64,000 bases of DNA from Octopus sinensis (taxonomy: Eukaryota), in the NCBI RefSeq assembly GCF_006345805.1, contig NC_042998.1, forward strand, positions 146,754,001 through 146,818,000, given 5' to 3'. Positions 26,819 through 41,293 of the stretch are shown in pieces (the stretch's first letter is position 1; each line of letters opens with the position of its first letter). The position numbers were made by a program, and so were the translations under genes. The notes beneath the pieces were generated by a model, which was given only the letters and a program-made list of their open reading frames with translations, did no database searches and was not told the origin of the DNA.

Positions 26819-27611
26819 ACATATGTGGGAAATTCTGTCTGTGGGTGTGTTTGTGGAGTTGTTAGCTAACTCCACGTACATCGTTTTATGGATTTTGATG
26901 TAACTTGACACGTGAGTAGAACTCATATCTGGAAACCTCATGGCATACTCAAATTGTTGAAAACAAAATCGATAATAGGGCCTCTGGAAGGGATCCTTAT
27001 ATACAGCGAAGGGAAATAATCCATTCATTTTCCTAAATTATTTAGTAACAATGAAATTGAGTATGCTTAATTCTTAGTATTTGAATTGTTAGTTATTTTC
27101 GCAATTTATCCAGTACAACTTTTAAACAAGTAAATAGTATTTTCCTAAACAATAGATCCACTTATTAGTATTTCCTCCTATGTTCTATATGCTCTGGGAA
27201 TGCATTAAAGCCCTTTTCAGGGCTACTTTATCTGAATTCTTACTATCGGGTAACTAATTTCATGTTATTACATAATTGACTTCACAATTTGGGTATTCAT
27301 AAATTATTGGGAAATTCCTAAAAACAAGATCCTATGTAAGACAGTTCGGTATTCTCTGTAAATGTACAAAAACCGTTTTAAGGGCTACAAACTTCGTATT
27401 GTTGTTATTGGATTAGCGAAACAATTATGAGAACGGAACCGAGAGATAAGCCCTGCTTTCCCGGGAATTACCGGGTACGTCAGCTAATATATATATATAC
27501 TAGCTGACGTACCCGGAGCGTCCAATAACACTATACTCGTTCCACATCCTCGCGTTGTTGTGTTTTCTCTTTGTTCATGTTTGGAGATTAACTATATTAT
27601 ATATATATTAT

Positions 27612-27643
<32 letters not shown>

Positions 27644-27749
27644 ATATATATATATATAAATATCAATATCGGACTGCCATTTTACGTTGACAAATAGACT
27701 TTACTCTATAGACTGTACTACTTATTTCTCAGATTTAAATTGTCTTTCC

Positions 27750-27811
<62 letters not shown>

Positions 27812-27815
<4 letters not shown>

Positions 27816-27933
27816 GGAAAGACAATTTAAATCTGAGAAATAAGTAGTAACAGTACTATAGAGTAAAGTCTATTTGTCAACGTAAAATGGCAGTCCGGAT
27901 TGGGGCTGCCACTCTACGTTGGCAATTAGACAC

Positions 27934-28004
<71 letters not shown>

Positions 28005-28895
28005 TACATACATACATACATACATACATACACACACACGCGCGCATATATGTAGATGAGTGAGCGCGCTCGCGTGTATACGCATTCACCATGCATGCTA
28101 CAGATACACGCATGCATGAACTATTGTATACATTATGTAAACATGTTCGAGCATGATGCATATGGCCATGTAATATATGTATGAAATCGTGGATAATATA
28201 ACGCCTTTTCTATTCAATAACAGTAAAATATTTGAATTTCGAATGCATTTTTAAGCTTCTTATAAATTAGTTGAATAACCTAATAATATTTTTAATTTGT
28301 AATTGTTATGAAAAAATAAATGTGATGACGATGAATATCGTATAGTTAGGGCGGGAAGCAAAGATTATTTCTAAAACTACCTTTTTTGTTTTACTAATTA
28401 TTTAATGTCTGACGCAAGCGTAAATGATTTGGCTATCTAGGGACAAAAATACCCATCCATCATTGAGAATTATGGAAGGTATTCCAAAAAACAGACAAGG
28501 GTGGTGCTTCTAAAGACGGTTAATACTAATGATCTATACGGCTACTGTGTTTTGCATTCTTTAATAGTTTCGATTTCGATAAATCACGCGCGCGCACACA
28601 CACACGTTTACGTATGTGAGTGGGAGCGACAGAAAAATCTATGTATACCTTCTACTTGTCCAATCAATACACTGAAAAATAACATATCTACACAGTAAAC
28701 GTACACATGCACACACAACCACCCAGACATGCATTCATACATACATACGAATTCACTTGTCTATCCATCCACCTGTACGTACAACTATCCATACGTACGT
28801 ACATACATGCACACATACATACCAATAATACATACATGCATACATCTACACAGGTATCTATTTATCCGTATTTATAAACACAATACATACATACA

Positions 28896-28937
<42 letters not shown>

Positions 28938-29054
28938 GGGGAAAGACAATTTAAATCTGAGAAATAAGTAGTAACAGTACTATAGAGTAAGTCTATTTGT
29001 CAACGTAAAATGGCAGTCCGGATTGGGGCTGCCACTCTACGTTGGCAATTAGAC

Positions 29055-29089
<35 letters not shown>

Positions 29090-30017
29090 ATATATATAAT
29101 ATATATATATTATATATATATATAATATATATACATACATACATACATACATACACACACACACGCGCGCATATTGTAGATGAGTGAGCGCGCTCGCGTG
29201 TATACGCATTCACCATGCATGCTACAGATACACGCATGCATGAACTATTGTATACATTATGTAAACATGTTCGAGCATGATGCATATGGCCATGTAATAT
29301 ATGTATGAAATCGTGGATAATATAACGCCTTTTCTATTCATAACAGTAAAATATTTGAATTTCGAATGCATTTTTAAGCTTCTTATAAATTAGTTGAATA
29401 ACCTAATAATTTTTTAATTTGTAATTGTTATGAAAAAATAAATGTGATGACGATGAATATCGTATAGTTAGGGCGGGAAGCAAAGATTATTTCTAAAACT
29501 ACCTTTTTTGTTTTACTAATTATTTAATGTCTGACGCAAGCGTAAATGATTTGGCTATCTAGGGACAAAAATACCCATCCATCATTGAGAATTATGGAAG
29601 GTATTCCAAAAAACAGACAAGGGTGGTGCTTCTAAAGACGGTTAATACTAATGATCTATACGGCTACTGTGTTTTGCATTCTTTAATAGTTTCGATTTCG
29701 ATAAATCACGCGCGCGCACACACACACGTTTACGTATGTGAGTGGGAGCGACAGAAAAATCTATGTATACCTTCTACTTGTCCAATCAATACACTGAAAA
29801 ATAACATATCTACACAGTAAACGTACACATGCACACACAACCACCCAGACATGCATTCATACATACATACGAATTCACTTGTCTATCCATCCACCTGTAC
29901 GTACAACTATCCATACGTACGTACATACATGCACACATACATACCAATAATACATACATGCATACATCTACACAGGTATCTATTTATCCGTATTTATAAA
30001 CACAATACATACATACA

Positions 30018-30055
<38 letters not shown>
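27812..30055 (+). repeat. Near-perfect tandem duplication, period about 1124 bp
   Basis: 27814 onward equals 28938 onward. Identical 65-aa ORFs at 28501 and 29623; units are joined through (TA)n tracts. Confidence 0.95.
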
Positions 30056-30059
<4 letters not shown>

Positions 30060-30919
30060 ATATATACATATACACAGTCATAAATAAGACATGCATACAT
30101 ACACATTCATCCATCTCTACATACATTGCCCACATACACACACATACAAAAACTAAAACTGAGATTTACATCTACAGTGAACATTATTTTATGTCAAAAT
30201 CTAAATATTTGTATACATTATCCATTCTATGTTATTTTAAACAAGTTTATATATCTTCAATAAATTAAGTAACCAATATAATTCAATATATATTACACAT
30301 AGAAAAAGACAGCGAGAATGTAGAAATAACGCTGCTAAAAAATTATAATTCATATTCTCTAATTTTAACGGAATGGCACGTGAAAAAGCTAACATATACA
30401 CATCTATATATTTGACTTTATTATACCATCGTTCCTAAGTGGAGTTATATTTCATCGAGACTTTTTCTAAACGTGAGAAATATTCACGTTAAATAAGTGA
30501 ATATTTCTTCTTGTATATATTATTTTTTACCGTTTATGTATACACACACACACACACAGCGTGGGAGATAGGGAGAAAGATTTATCTAAAAATATTCATG
30601 TCGAAAGTCTTAGACATTGTTTAAGTATGCTTAATTCTTGACAACATACAAGTATCTACACTCACACACGTCATCAATATTTATATGTGTACATTAGCTT
30701 GGTATGCATTCGATCTTGAAATAAACCTCTCCTAATACATAAAAGTATGTGTGTGTGTATGTACTTAGGTATTATATATATATATATATATATATATAGA
30801 TAGATCGATAGATAGATAGATAGATAGATATGGATGAGCAAGCGATTTGACATTTTTATCAGTGAGAGGGAGAGAGGAGGAATACGTGATGCTGGAGTCC
30901 ACAAACAAGGAAGTCGATA

Positions 30920-31080
30920 AAGCTTTCAAATTTTGGCACATGGTTTGAAATTTTTAGGGGAGGGTAAGTCGATTACATCGACCTCAGTACTTAACTGGTA
31001 CTTATTTCATCGGCTGCGAAAGGATGAAAGGCAAAGTCGACCTTGGCGGAATTTGAACTCAGAACGTAAAGACGGACAAA
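30920..31080 (-). mobile_element. SINE fragment of the 26133 family
   Basis: Reverse complement of TTCTGAGTTCAAATTCCGCCAAGGTCGACTTTGCCTTTCATCCTT. Other copies at 50895-51105, 53640-53850 and 61921-62145. Confidence 0.75.
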
Positions 31081-31794
31081 ATAATAGTACTAAATGATGT
31101 TTATTTATCCTTATACTTTGTACTTTCAGTCTCAGTTTATATCCCGACGATGTAAACTTTATTTTTTCTTCATCTTTCGAGTGTTCCAAAATATTTGATA
31201 AATTTTTGCTCCATCCGCTTCAAAAAATAACATTCTGTTTTCTACAGAAGACATTTTCTGTTTTTGTTTTCCTTTGGAAATTTTCGCGGTACTTTCTCTA
31301 TAAACACCACACAGAAAATTCTCAGCTATCTACCTATCAAACTATCAGCCTACAAAGCCATATCCTTCATCTGATACACGCGCGCGCATACATACACATT
31401 TTATAAATACATATACATATATGTACACACATTAATATATATTTTTATATATAAAACCTCTATCTCAAATGCATATGCAACAAATATCTGTGTGTATTAT
31501 CAATAAAACACTTCACATGCATATATTAAAACAAATCCGAGTGTAAGATAAAGTAAATTATTGTATAAGAACGATATTGATTTCCAATATAGATATCAAT
31601 ATCAATTCCTAGTTGACAGTTATGCTTATTTTTTACAATTGGCATCTCAATGTAAAGGCTAAAACCAGGATCAAAACTGAGGTGGTAATCGTCTGAGTAA
31701 CTGCAGACTTAATCAATAAACAAATTTGTTTGGACTTAATGACTTCCGACCAGCAGAATATAATATATATGTGTGTATGTATGTATGTATCTGT

Positions 31795-31867
<73 letters not shown>

Positions 31868-32039
31868 GCGTGTGTAATATAACAATATAGTTCTATGTAA
31901 AGGTTCAGATGGTACAAGTGTATGAGGTGTATGCATTTATGATTGTGAATATACAAACTCTATTGTAAACAGAGGGAAATTTAAATATAGAGCTATCTAT
32001 AATATATATGTGTGCGTGTGTGTGTGTGAGAGAGAGAGA

Positions 32040-32086
<47 letters not shown>

Positions 32087-32103
32087 CACACATATGTATA
32101 AAC

Positions 32104-32309
32104 ATGAAAAAAACAGTTTTCTTCCAATGATTAAAAATTTGTTTTAGAGAGAAAATATCACAAAATGTGGATTGATCCTCACAGTTAGGCATCATTGAAG
32201 AGATTGACTCTCCTCAATGATGCCTAACTGTGAGGATCAATCCACATCTTGTGGTATTTTCTCTCTGAACCATATTTTTAATCAGAAGAAGAAAACAGTT
32301 TTTTTATGA
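32104..32309. repeat. ~205-bp palindrome with a 34-bp perfect stem
   Basis: 32165-32198 (ATGTGGATTGATCCTCACAGTTAGGCATCATTGA) is the exact reverse complement of 32214-32247; imperfect pairing continues about 60 bp outward. Confidence 0.9.
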
Positions 32310-32599
32310 CGTAGTCAAACTATTCATCAATAAAAAAATTGTTCTGAAATGGCTGTGGTAAATATTTAACTAACCCATATTTGTTCTTATTTTATGTATA
32401 TACTATACCTGGAACCTTGTGTGCGTGCATGGGTATGTATTTGTATGCACATGTATATTTATATGCATGTATGTATATATGTGTGCATGTACATATACAT
32501 GTAAATGTATGGATATGTTCATCTATGCACATGTATGAATGGATGTATTTGAATGTGGTATTTACACTTACATGCTGAACTTGATTCTTTCCTGGTGTC

Positions 32600-33342
32600 C
32601 TAAATGCTAAAATACCTTGATTAAAATGAATCCTACAATGAATGTGTAAAGAAGTGCTGGTCTCTAACTGTGGAGGGAACCTGTTGTAAAGGTAGACCTA
32701 GGAAGACATGGGATGAGGTAGTGATCTTCAAACTTTGATCCTCACAGAGGCAATGACTGGTAACCTAGACCTTTGGTGATGTGCTGTGCTTCAGAGAACA
32801 CATCAAGCCAAGTGCACCCATGCTGGTAGCACGAAAAGAACATCTTTTGAACGTTGGGCCTCATGGAGGCAAAGTGGCTGATTTCCTTTTGAGCGTTGGG
32901 CCTCATGGAAGCAAAGTGGCTGCGTTCCTTTCAAGTGCTGGGCTTCATGGAGGCAATGACCAAGACCTTTGGCATTATGTTGTACTTGAGAAGAAGACCC
33001 ATCAAGCCGACAAGCGAAGCACATGGTTTCCCTTTGGCATTATGCTGTGCTTGAGAAGAAGACCCCACCAAGCCAAGCAAAATCACAGTTGTGATAGATA
33101 CCAGTGTCACACAAATTGGCACTCGTGCTGTTGGCACGTAAATGCACCTCAGTGTCATGCAAATAGTACTTGTGTCGGTGGCATGCAAAAGCACCCATTA
33201 CACTCTCAGAGTGGTTGGTGTTAGGAAGAGCATCCAGCCATAGAAAACCATACCAAATCAGACTGGACTCTGGTGCAGCCTTCTAGTGTGCCAGCCCAGT
33301 CAAACTGTCCAATCTATGCCAGCATGATGATGATGATGATGG
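32600..33342 (+). mobile_element. Degenerate RTE 3' end
   Basis: Decayed C-terminal GTC-GRPRKTWDEVV coding remnant plus the RTE 3' UTR and (GAT)n tail. Confidence 0.7.
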
Positions 33343-36300
33343 TATATATGGTGTGTATATATATATATATATATCATGGAAGACTCATTCATGCTATTCA
33401 ATGACATTACAGTGAAAGTGTGTGAATGATCCCATCGCAGCTGAAATGTGATTGAAAATGTCTGACTTCTCAGGAAATAAAGTTAAAATGAATTGAACAG
33501 CTTTGTACCTTATTAGATGGATCTCTATGAAGTAATTGCTTCACTTTCAACACAGTCTCAGATAAAGTCACTAGCTAAAAAATTATAACTCCTTTGAGTG
33601 TGTGTGTGTGCATGTGTGTGTGTGTGTGCATGTGTGTGTGTGCGTGTTTGTGTGTGTGTGCGTGTTTGTGTGAGAGAGATGAATTGATTACAAAGAGAAT
33701 GATCTTTGTGTTAGATGCTTGATGTTTTGTTTGAAGACGAATTACTCCACCTGTCATCTTCCTTGTGTGACACCTGCAGAAGTACTTAGTCAACAGTAAG
33801 CCTCTGTACCTGGCATTTGTAGAAGAAGGCCTTTGATCAGGTTTCACACTCAATGGTCTGGTGGGTGCTAAGGAAGGTAAGGGTAAAGGATGACTTTTGA
33901 GAGCTGTACAAACCATGTGCAGAGGTGGTCAACAACTTGAGAGTTATCAATGAATTAAGCAACGAATTTCAAGCTGGGTTCATCATGGTTCAGTCTCTAA
34001 TATAACTCTGTTCATTATAGTCTTCCAGAAAATGACAGAAGAGTTTAAGACTAGCTACTACATAGCTGAGTCTGTAAAATGTTTAGAGAAGAAATTCCAG
34101 GCATGGAAGCAAAATTTAAAATGAAGACATTTTGCTTCCATACCTGGAAGCAAAATTTAAAATGTCTGGAAACCAAATTTAAAATAATGTCATTTCAAAG
34201 TAAACTCAGCAAATACAAAAAAAAAAAAAACTTTCTGTACAAGCATAGCAAAGAGAACATATTGAAGGTGGCTTAGATGTTTATATTGTATACTATCTAT
34301 CCTCTCACCTGCCTCCTCATCCTTGTACCGTTCTTTCATTGACCCACTTTTTATGACTTCTCCAATAATAAATTTTGGACACCACATGCAATGTGTGTGT
34401 ATAAAAATTGTGTCTCAACTTTTCATGTAAATAATTCCTTATGTTTGTTAACATTTACCTGTCTTTTTACTTCCATACTTGCTTGATTTTTACTATTCTT
34501 CTCACCAACTTTTCAACGTTTTGACTACCCCACCCAGAAATTGGAGTTTAAGATTCTAATCTTTCTGAGCATTACTTGATGCCTATCTATACCATACTTA
34601 AATCAGCACTTTATCACCCATTGTTAATACACACACACACTCTCTCTCTCTCTCACACACACACACATCAACAAAACTGGAGGGTTGCTTCTGTAACTAT
34701 TTACTTAATTTCAGAACTAACTGGCCATTTGTGTTGCTTTTATATGCATACTTTGTGATCTCTATAATGATGGAGACCTATAGAAGAAAAGTTTGATTAT
34801 ATTACACAAACTCTTGTACAACTTTCTCTTTCACTGTATAAAGAAACACACGAACTTCTCAATACTGGTTATATGAATTGCACCTTAACATTCACTGTAC
34901 AAACATGTAATATAACATATACCATGTTTACTTGGGTTATAACCCTAAACCTAACCATAGTTTAGTGTTAAATCTTGGTACAAAATTTTTCCTCTCCATA
35001 GTTTTAGTTTTACCCATGTATAAGACTCCAGTTTTCATTTAAAATCAAATATAGAATAGTGTGACTTATACATGAGTAAATATGATAAATATGTATATGT
35101 ATATTATACTGTTAGGGTATGGAGAAAAAGATTTGGTGAGATTAATACCATTAAGGTTCCATTTGAATTTTTGGAAGTCAATACCTATGGAAAAGGTATG
35201 AGTTAGGTATGGGAATTCCAGAAAGAAAGACTGGGTGTAGGGATTTGTGTGGGACTTGGTGAAATTTGACGAAAAATAGCGATGAGAAGAGATGAGTGGG
35301 ATAAGAATGTTTAAATGTAGCTGGTATGAACCTGGCCAACTTCGAGGAGCAGAGGTCATTACAATAGCAGTAGAAAAGACAAAGAGAGGAGACAGAAAGT
35401 CTGTGGGCCAGAGACTGGAGTATGTCTGAGAGTGACCTTATGCTGAATGGTCTTTTTCTGGATGTGGTCTAGGATGTCTGTGTGTGCAACAGCAGCACTA
35501 CCTCAGATGAGAGAGAAATACTCCACTGTGTGTCTCATGTAAGCTTTGTAAAGTATTGAAATTGTTTGTAACTGAAGAAGCTTCTGGTTCAGAAGAGAAG
35601 GGTCAGTTGCTGAGTTGTGGTTCTAGTTATGATAAGGATGTGCCTTTGTCTGGAGAGATCTTTAACAAAGGTAATACCCAAGAATTGGAGCAATTTTGAG
35701 TGCTGCAGCTGAGGGTTGCTTGTGATTAAAGGAAATGTGATGCAATAATGTTTTCTTGATATGAACAATGTTTGTGTTTTCTTGTTGAAAGAGAAAAGAT
35801 GTTATTTTCATCATTTTGCATTTTGCCTTCTGAACTGAAGTAATGTAGATGTGTTGTCACAGTTTGAGTCACTTTTTTTTTGAGGTTGCTAGTGAGTTTG
35901 AGAACAAGGTTTCACTTGTATGTTTCAAGGTTTCTACAACTGGATAGCCTTTCTAACATCAATCACTTTAAGAGTGTAGTGGGTACATTTTATATGACAT
36001 TAGCACAAAGGAGGTTATGCACTTTGCAAAATAAAGAATCCTCTGGACTCTATATTGCATCCAAACTTATAAGACTAAAGCATACTCACTACTCTATGGG
36101 GTTGCTGTTGAAGACAACATAACCAAAACAGAGAACAGGGGAGAGAGAGTGATGACAAAAGAAGAACCAGAGTAAGAGGGTAAAGGAAGAGAGAAAAAGA
36201 GTGAAATGAGAAGGTGATAAAGGGGAGAGCAATAGAAGAGAGACAGTGATGGCAGTTTCATGTTTACTGGTAAGAGAGAGGAAGAGTGAGTATTGAATAG

Positions 36301-38411
36301 TAATAAAGCTGGGAGATTGTAAGAGTAAAAAATGAAATGTTGATAAGGAGTGATCCGGAGGAAAGGGAATGATGACTAGCTGTACACAAGGTTGTTGGTA
36401 GGGTATATCATACCTAATGCAGTCCATCATTACACAGGCTTGGTAATGGAAATGAGGAGAGCCAGATCTCATGCAGTCCCTTGTTAGGGAAGGGATTGGG
36501 TTCTAGATGAGAAGGTATTGAAAAAAAAATAAGCAGTAGATAGAAACTTAACAAGAATGTAATGGGTGAGAACCAAAACGTAGACAAGCATCTCACCTCC
36601 ATTACTACCAGCATTTGTTTCATCATGCTGGCATAGGTGTGTAGGTTTTCTTCAGTATCACATATTGTCAATTGTCACAGTCCTTTGTTCTTCTCCTTCA
36701 AGAGGTTCAACTTGTTGATGTCAGTTTTCATTTTGTCCCTTATCTTTCTAAGTCTTCTTTCACAAGTTCTATCTATTTTGAACATTTGGCAGTTCATTAC
36801 ATGGTTGTCATCCTCTATCTGCAGTACCACACCCCTGTAGTTAATGTATGGTTTTCTCTTACATACTTTATCTGATCTCACTTATATCCAGTTTACTCTC
36901 AACTCATTTACACTCCATCATTCATGCGCAGTAACATTACACATTCAGCAGAGCATGTTTGTTCCATTTTTTCCCTGGTAATACAGAGCTTTTTATTTCA
37001 AAGCTTGCATCTCACCACTATGCAGCATTACACTTTGGCCACAAGCATCCTACAATCTAGCATTCACTCTGAAATCCTTTGGAAAATTTGGAAAAAAAGA
37101 TTTTGGAAGGGATTATAATACTATCTATGTATAAGAAATTCCCATATTTTTTTAACCTAATTTTTGATAAAATAAGGTTCCTTATACACGTTAAAATACA
37201 GTACTTTCTCTCTTAGCCTTCATGGGATCTCACATCTTTTGTGTGTCCATACTTTATACTGAGGAAAATATATGGAATTTCTACCAACTTTTTTTCTGCA
37301 TGTTATACATTCCTTTTTTTCTTGACAAGAGCTGAAGCTTATCATTTTGCTTACTAAAACTTTAGTCCTTGTTAAGTTTACTTTAATGCCTCTCACTTTT
37401 AAGTTATTCTTCCATACCTGCAGTTTCTTCCCAAAATTACTACAGATTCAGCAATAACAACTGGACCATCAGTATACAGAAAAACCCATGGAAAGATGAT
37501 TTGAATTCCTGTGTTATGGTTTACGGGAATATAATAAACAGAAGGGACTGAGATAACACTACATGCAGATAAAACTGTGCTTACTGTCATACAATATCTG
37601 ATATATAAGTTTAATAATATATGTGTATGTATACATAAACACATATGCACATGAAATGCAAATGAGCTATTAGAAATAACTTAATGTGACCAGTGGCATA
37701 TATTTGAGCAACAAAGATAAATAAGGGTATATTAAATACAGTACAAGATAAATTCTTCATTTATTAACATTATTCCCACTTATAGCAGAAGTATAACAAT
37801 TGCTTGATAGGAATTGGGACCAATTCTAAAATGAAAAGGAGAAAAAATCTCAAGAATTAAGATTGCTCCAAAACAGACATACCATTAACAAAAAGACAGT
37901 CTGATTGTCAGGAGACAAGAGGGCAGTTGTAAATGTGTGTTTCTGCCTTAATAATCGTCATCGGCACAGCAGTTGTCCCAACCTTATCTCCAGCAGATGG
38001 GACATTTAGACATAGCAACATATACATACATACGCAGTATGTACTTAGATAACATACACACATATATGTGCACATACATACATATGTACTTACATGTGCA
38101 TATACACATGCATATATTTATAAACATAAATGTACATATATATTAAGAAAATAGTTTGATTGCATGAGTGTCTCCAAATGTATGGAGAATATGCAATATA
38201 ATTTTATTAACATTTTAAAAAAACGCCATAATTGGATGAGACTTCAGACATTCTCTAAATGAAATTTTGTTTGTGTGTGTGAATTGGTGTGTTGACAATC
38301 TATCTATTGAAAAAACTAAATTTCCATAAAAGTCTTGATTACAATTGCAGTGTGGAAGGTGTTTATAAGCCATTTAAGAAACACACAACAGATACTCATA
38401 TAAACTAGAGT

Positions 38412-38469
<58 letters not shown>

Positions 38470-38595
38470 CATACATTTATATTTGAGAGACGTTGTGTTA
38501 ACCTAATGAAGGGATGGTTTCATCCAAGGAAATACTGGTTCAGTACCTAGTATTTTTAGGGAATTAATTTCCTTCAAATAATAGGTCTATATCTA

Positions 38596-38655
<60 letters not shown>

Positions 38656-38802
38656 ATCAGCCTAAATTGCGAGGATAATCTGGTGCTTGACTGAGGAAAA
38701 GGAACTTCGAATGACCCGTCCTTGTTTTCTTTGTATCGTCTATCTGGATGTTTTGTTGTCCCTTTTTGTATCACCTAGCTGTCCGGATGTTTGGATTCTT
38801 GT

Positions 38803-38967
38803 CCTGTGGCTGTGTGGTAAGTAGCTTGCTAACCAACCACATGGTTCTGGGTTCAGTCCCACTGCATCGCATCTTGGGCAAATGTCTTCTGCTATAACCC
38901 CGGGCTGACCAATGCCTTGTGAGTGGATTTGGTAGACGGAAACTGAAAGAAGCCTGTCGTATATATG

Positions 38968-39003
<36 letters not shown>

Positions 39004-39226
39004 GTGTGTGTGTGTGTATGTGTTTGTGTGTCTGTCCCCCTAGCATTGCTTGACAACCGATGCTGGTGTGTTTACGTCCCCGTCACTTAGCGGTTCGGTA
39101 AAAGAGACCAATAGAATAAGTACTGGGCTTACAAAGAACACGTCCCGGGGTCGATTTGCTTGACTAAAGACGGTGCTACAGTATGCCCGCAGTCAAATGA
39201 CTGAAACAAGTAAAAGAGTAAAGAGT
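38803..39226 (+). mobile_element. Full-length tRNA-derived SINE (CORE-like body, GTAAAAGA-repeat tail)
   Basis: A-box TGGCTGTGTGG, B-box GGTTCAGTCCC, TTGGGCAAATGTCTT core, internal (TA)/(TG)n and tail CTGAAACAAGTAAAAGAGTAAAGAG. Related copies or fragments lie at 39780-40120, 44225-44430, 48270-48430, 56010-56100 and 57280-57680. Confidence 0.8.
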
Positions 39227-39628
39227 GTATATATATATATATTACATTATATATAAGGGCTTAGTAAAATAAATTACTTTGCCACATACTGAACTCATTA
39301 GAAATAGCAGCTAAAGAAATTTCTTCAGCTATTTCTAATACTTAAAGAAGATCTCTCTCAGATAGTGTTTGCCTAAACTAACTCACAAAAGTATGGGGGA
39401 AACATTAAAAATCAAGTGCAAAAGGTTATTTGAGAACGTACGTTTCTAGATTAGTCAATTCGACATTTCTTTCTTCAGCTCAGAATTCCTTGAATCGGAT
39501 TTGGGAACACTTAAAGTCGGAGCATACCCTTCGGCTTCTAATCACCTATAGAATTCTGCTCGAATAAAAGTGCTATCAAATTCGAATATGCAAGCGAATA
39601 TATATATATACATATATATATACATATA

Positions 39629-39668
<40 letters not shown>

Positions 39669-39768
39669 NNNNNNNNNNNNNNNNNNNNNNNNNNNNNNNN
39701 NNNNNNNNNNNNNNNNNNNNNNNNNNNNNNNNNNNNNNNNNNNNNNNNNNNNNNNNNNNNNNNNNNNN
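39669..39768. other. Assembly gap (100 N)
   Basis: Run of exactly 100 N after a (TA)n tract, typical of a scaffolding placeholder. Confidence 0.99.
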
Positions 39769-40227
39769 AGAGAACATCACTTGAAAACCCATCTTAGTGT
39801 GCTTACATCTACGTTACTTAACGACTAGGTAAAAGAAACCGATAGAAGTACTAGGCTTATAATGAATAAGCCCCGGATTCGATTTGTTCGACTAAATGCG
39901 ATGCTCCAGCATGGCTGCAGTCAAATAACTGAGACAATAAAAGAATATATATATGCATGTGTTTCTGTGTTTGTACTCCCAACATCGTTTGGGAACCGAT
40001 GCTCGTGTGTTTATGTCCCGTAACTTAGCGGTTCGGGAAAAGGAACCGATAGAATAAACTCTGGAGTCTACGTGCGGTACTCCAGTATGGCCACAGTCAA
40101 ATGACTGAAACAAAGAAAAGATTACATGTGAGTGTGTGTATATATGTATATGTATAATGTATATATACATACATTATATATATGCATATATATAAATACA
40201 TTATGTATATATGTAATATATATACCT

Positions 40228-40302
<75 letters not shown>

Positions 40303-40832
40303 TTCAAGGAATCGGGAAGGAAATATCATTCTCCAAAACAGAATATATAGTACGATGGAGAGTGTATAAAGTCAGAAATGACAGAGAAATAGTTTGATGA
40401 AATTCTATTTAGCCATAAGAAAATTGAAATAGCACGACAAATTGTTTCTTAAGCTAAAAACATGTAAATAATTCACATTATTATATTTAATAATAAATGA
40501 ATTACTTACATGTCTGTATAAATGCAAAATGCAAAAAAAAAAAAAAAAAGGGAAAAATTCCAAAATATTGCAGAATTGAGGCTGCGTCCTCAGGTGAAAA
40601 AGCCTGATCAAAATTTTCAATGTAATGTTAGAAAAAAGCAAACGAATTATGAAAGACAATAATAGTAAAAACGGTATAAAATAACAATAGAATTTTCTAA
40701 TAAATGGAATGGAATTCTAGTAATATAATTAAAAAGTAACTAGTCTATAAGTCTTAGTACAATAAAAGAAAAGATATATATTTATATTATATACATATCT
40801 ATCTATCTATCTATCCATCCACACACACACAT

Positions 40833-40881
<49 letters not shown>

Positions 40882-41203
40882 TATATATATATATATATAT
40901 ATAATATATATATATACACACACAAAATTAATTTGTGTAAAAATCAATAAGAAGAATACTCCATCTAATGAGCGTCTAATATTGCTATAAATGCTTCTTA
41001 CTACATGCATTATGTGCGCTACTAATAGTTTCACGCACAGAAGTACATTAATCAGCGTCAGATGAACGTACTTTAATCTTTTCTTGTGTTTCAGTCCAAT
41101 GACTGTGGCCATGCTGGAGCACAGCCATTAGATATGGTGCAGCGGCGGGGAAACGAATTATTAGTAGCGCATACATGTTGTATGAAACATTATAGTAATA
41201 TAT

Positions 41204-41247
<44 letters not shown>

Positions 41248-41260
41248 TGTATGTATATAA

Positions 41261-41293
<33 letters not shown>

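Noticed and set aside
37399-37650. Minus-strand ORF as a possible DAGL exon 2
   Set aside because: FPWVFLYTDGPVVIAES is a decayed RTE PWELLYADDLALIAES motif.
38803-38875. tRNA gene
   Set aside because: The A/B boxes belong to a SINE head; no cloverleaf is evident and it continues into the SINE body.
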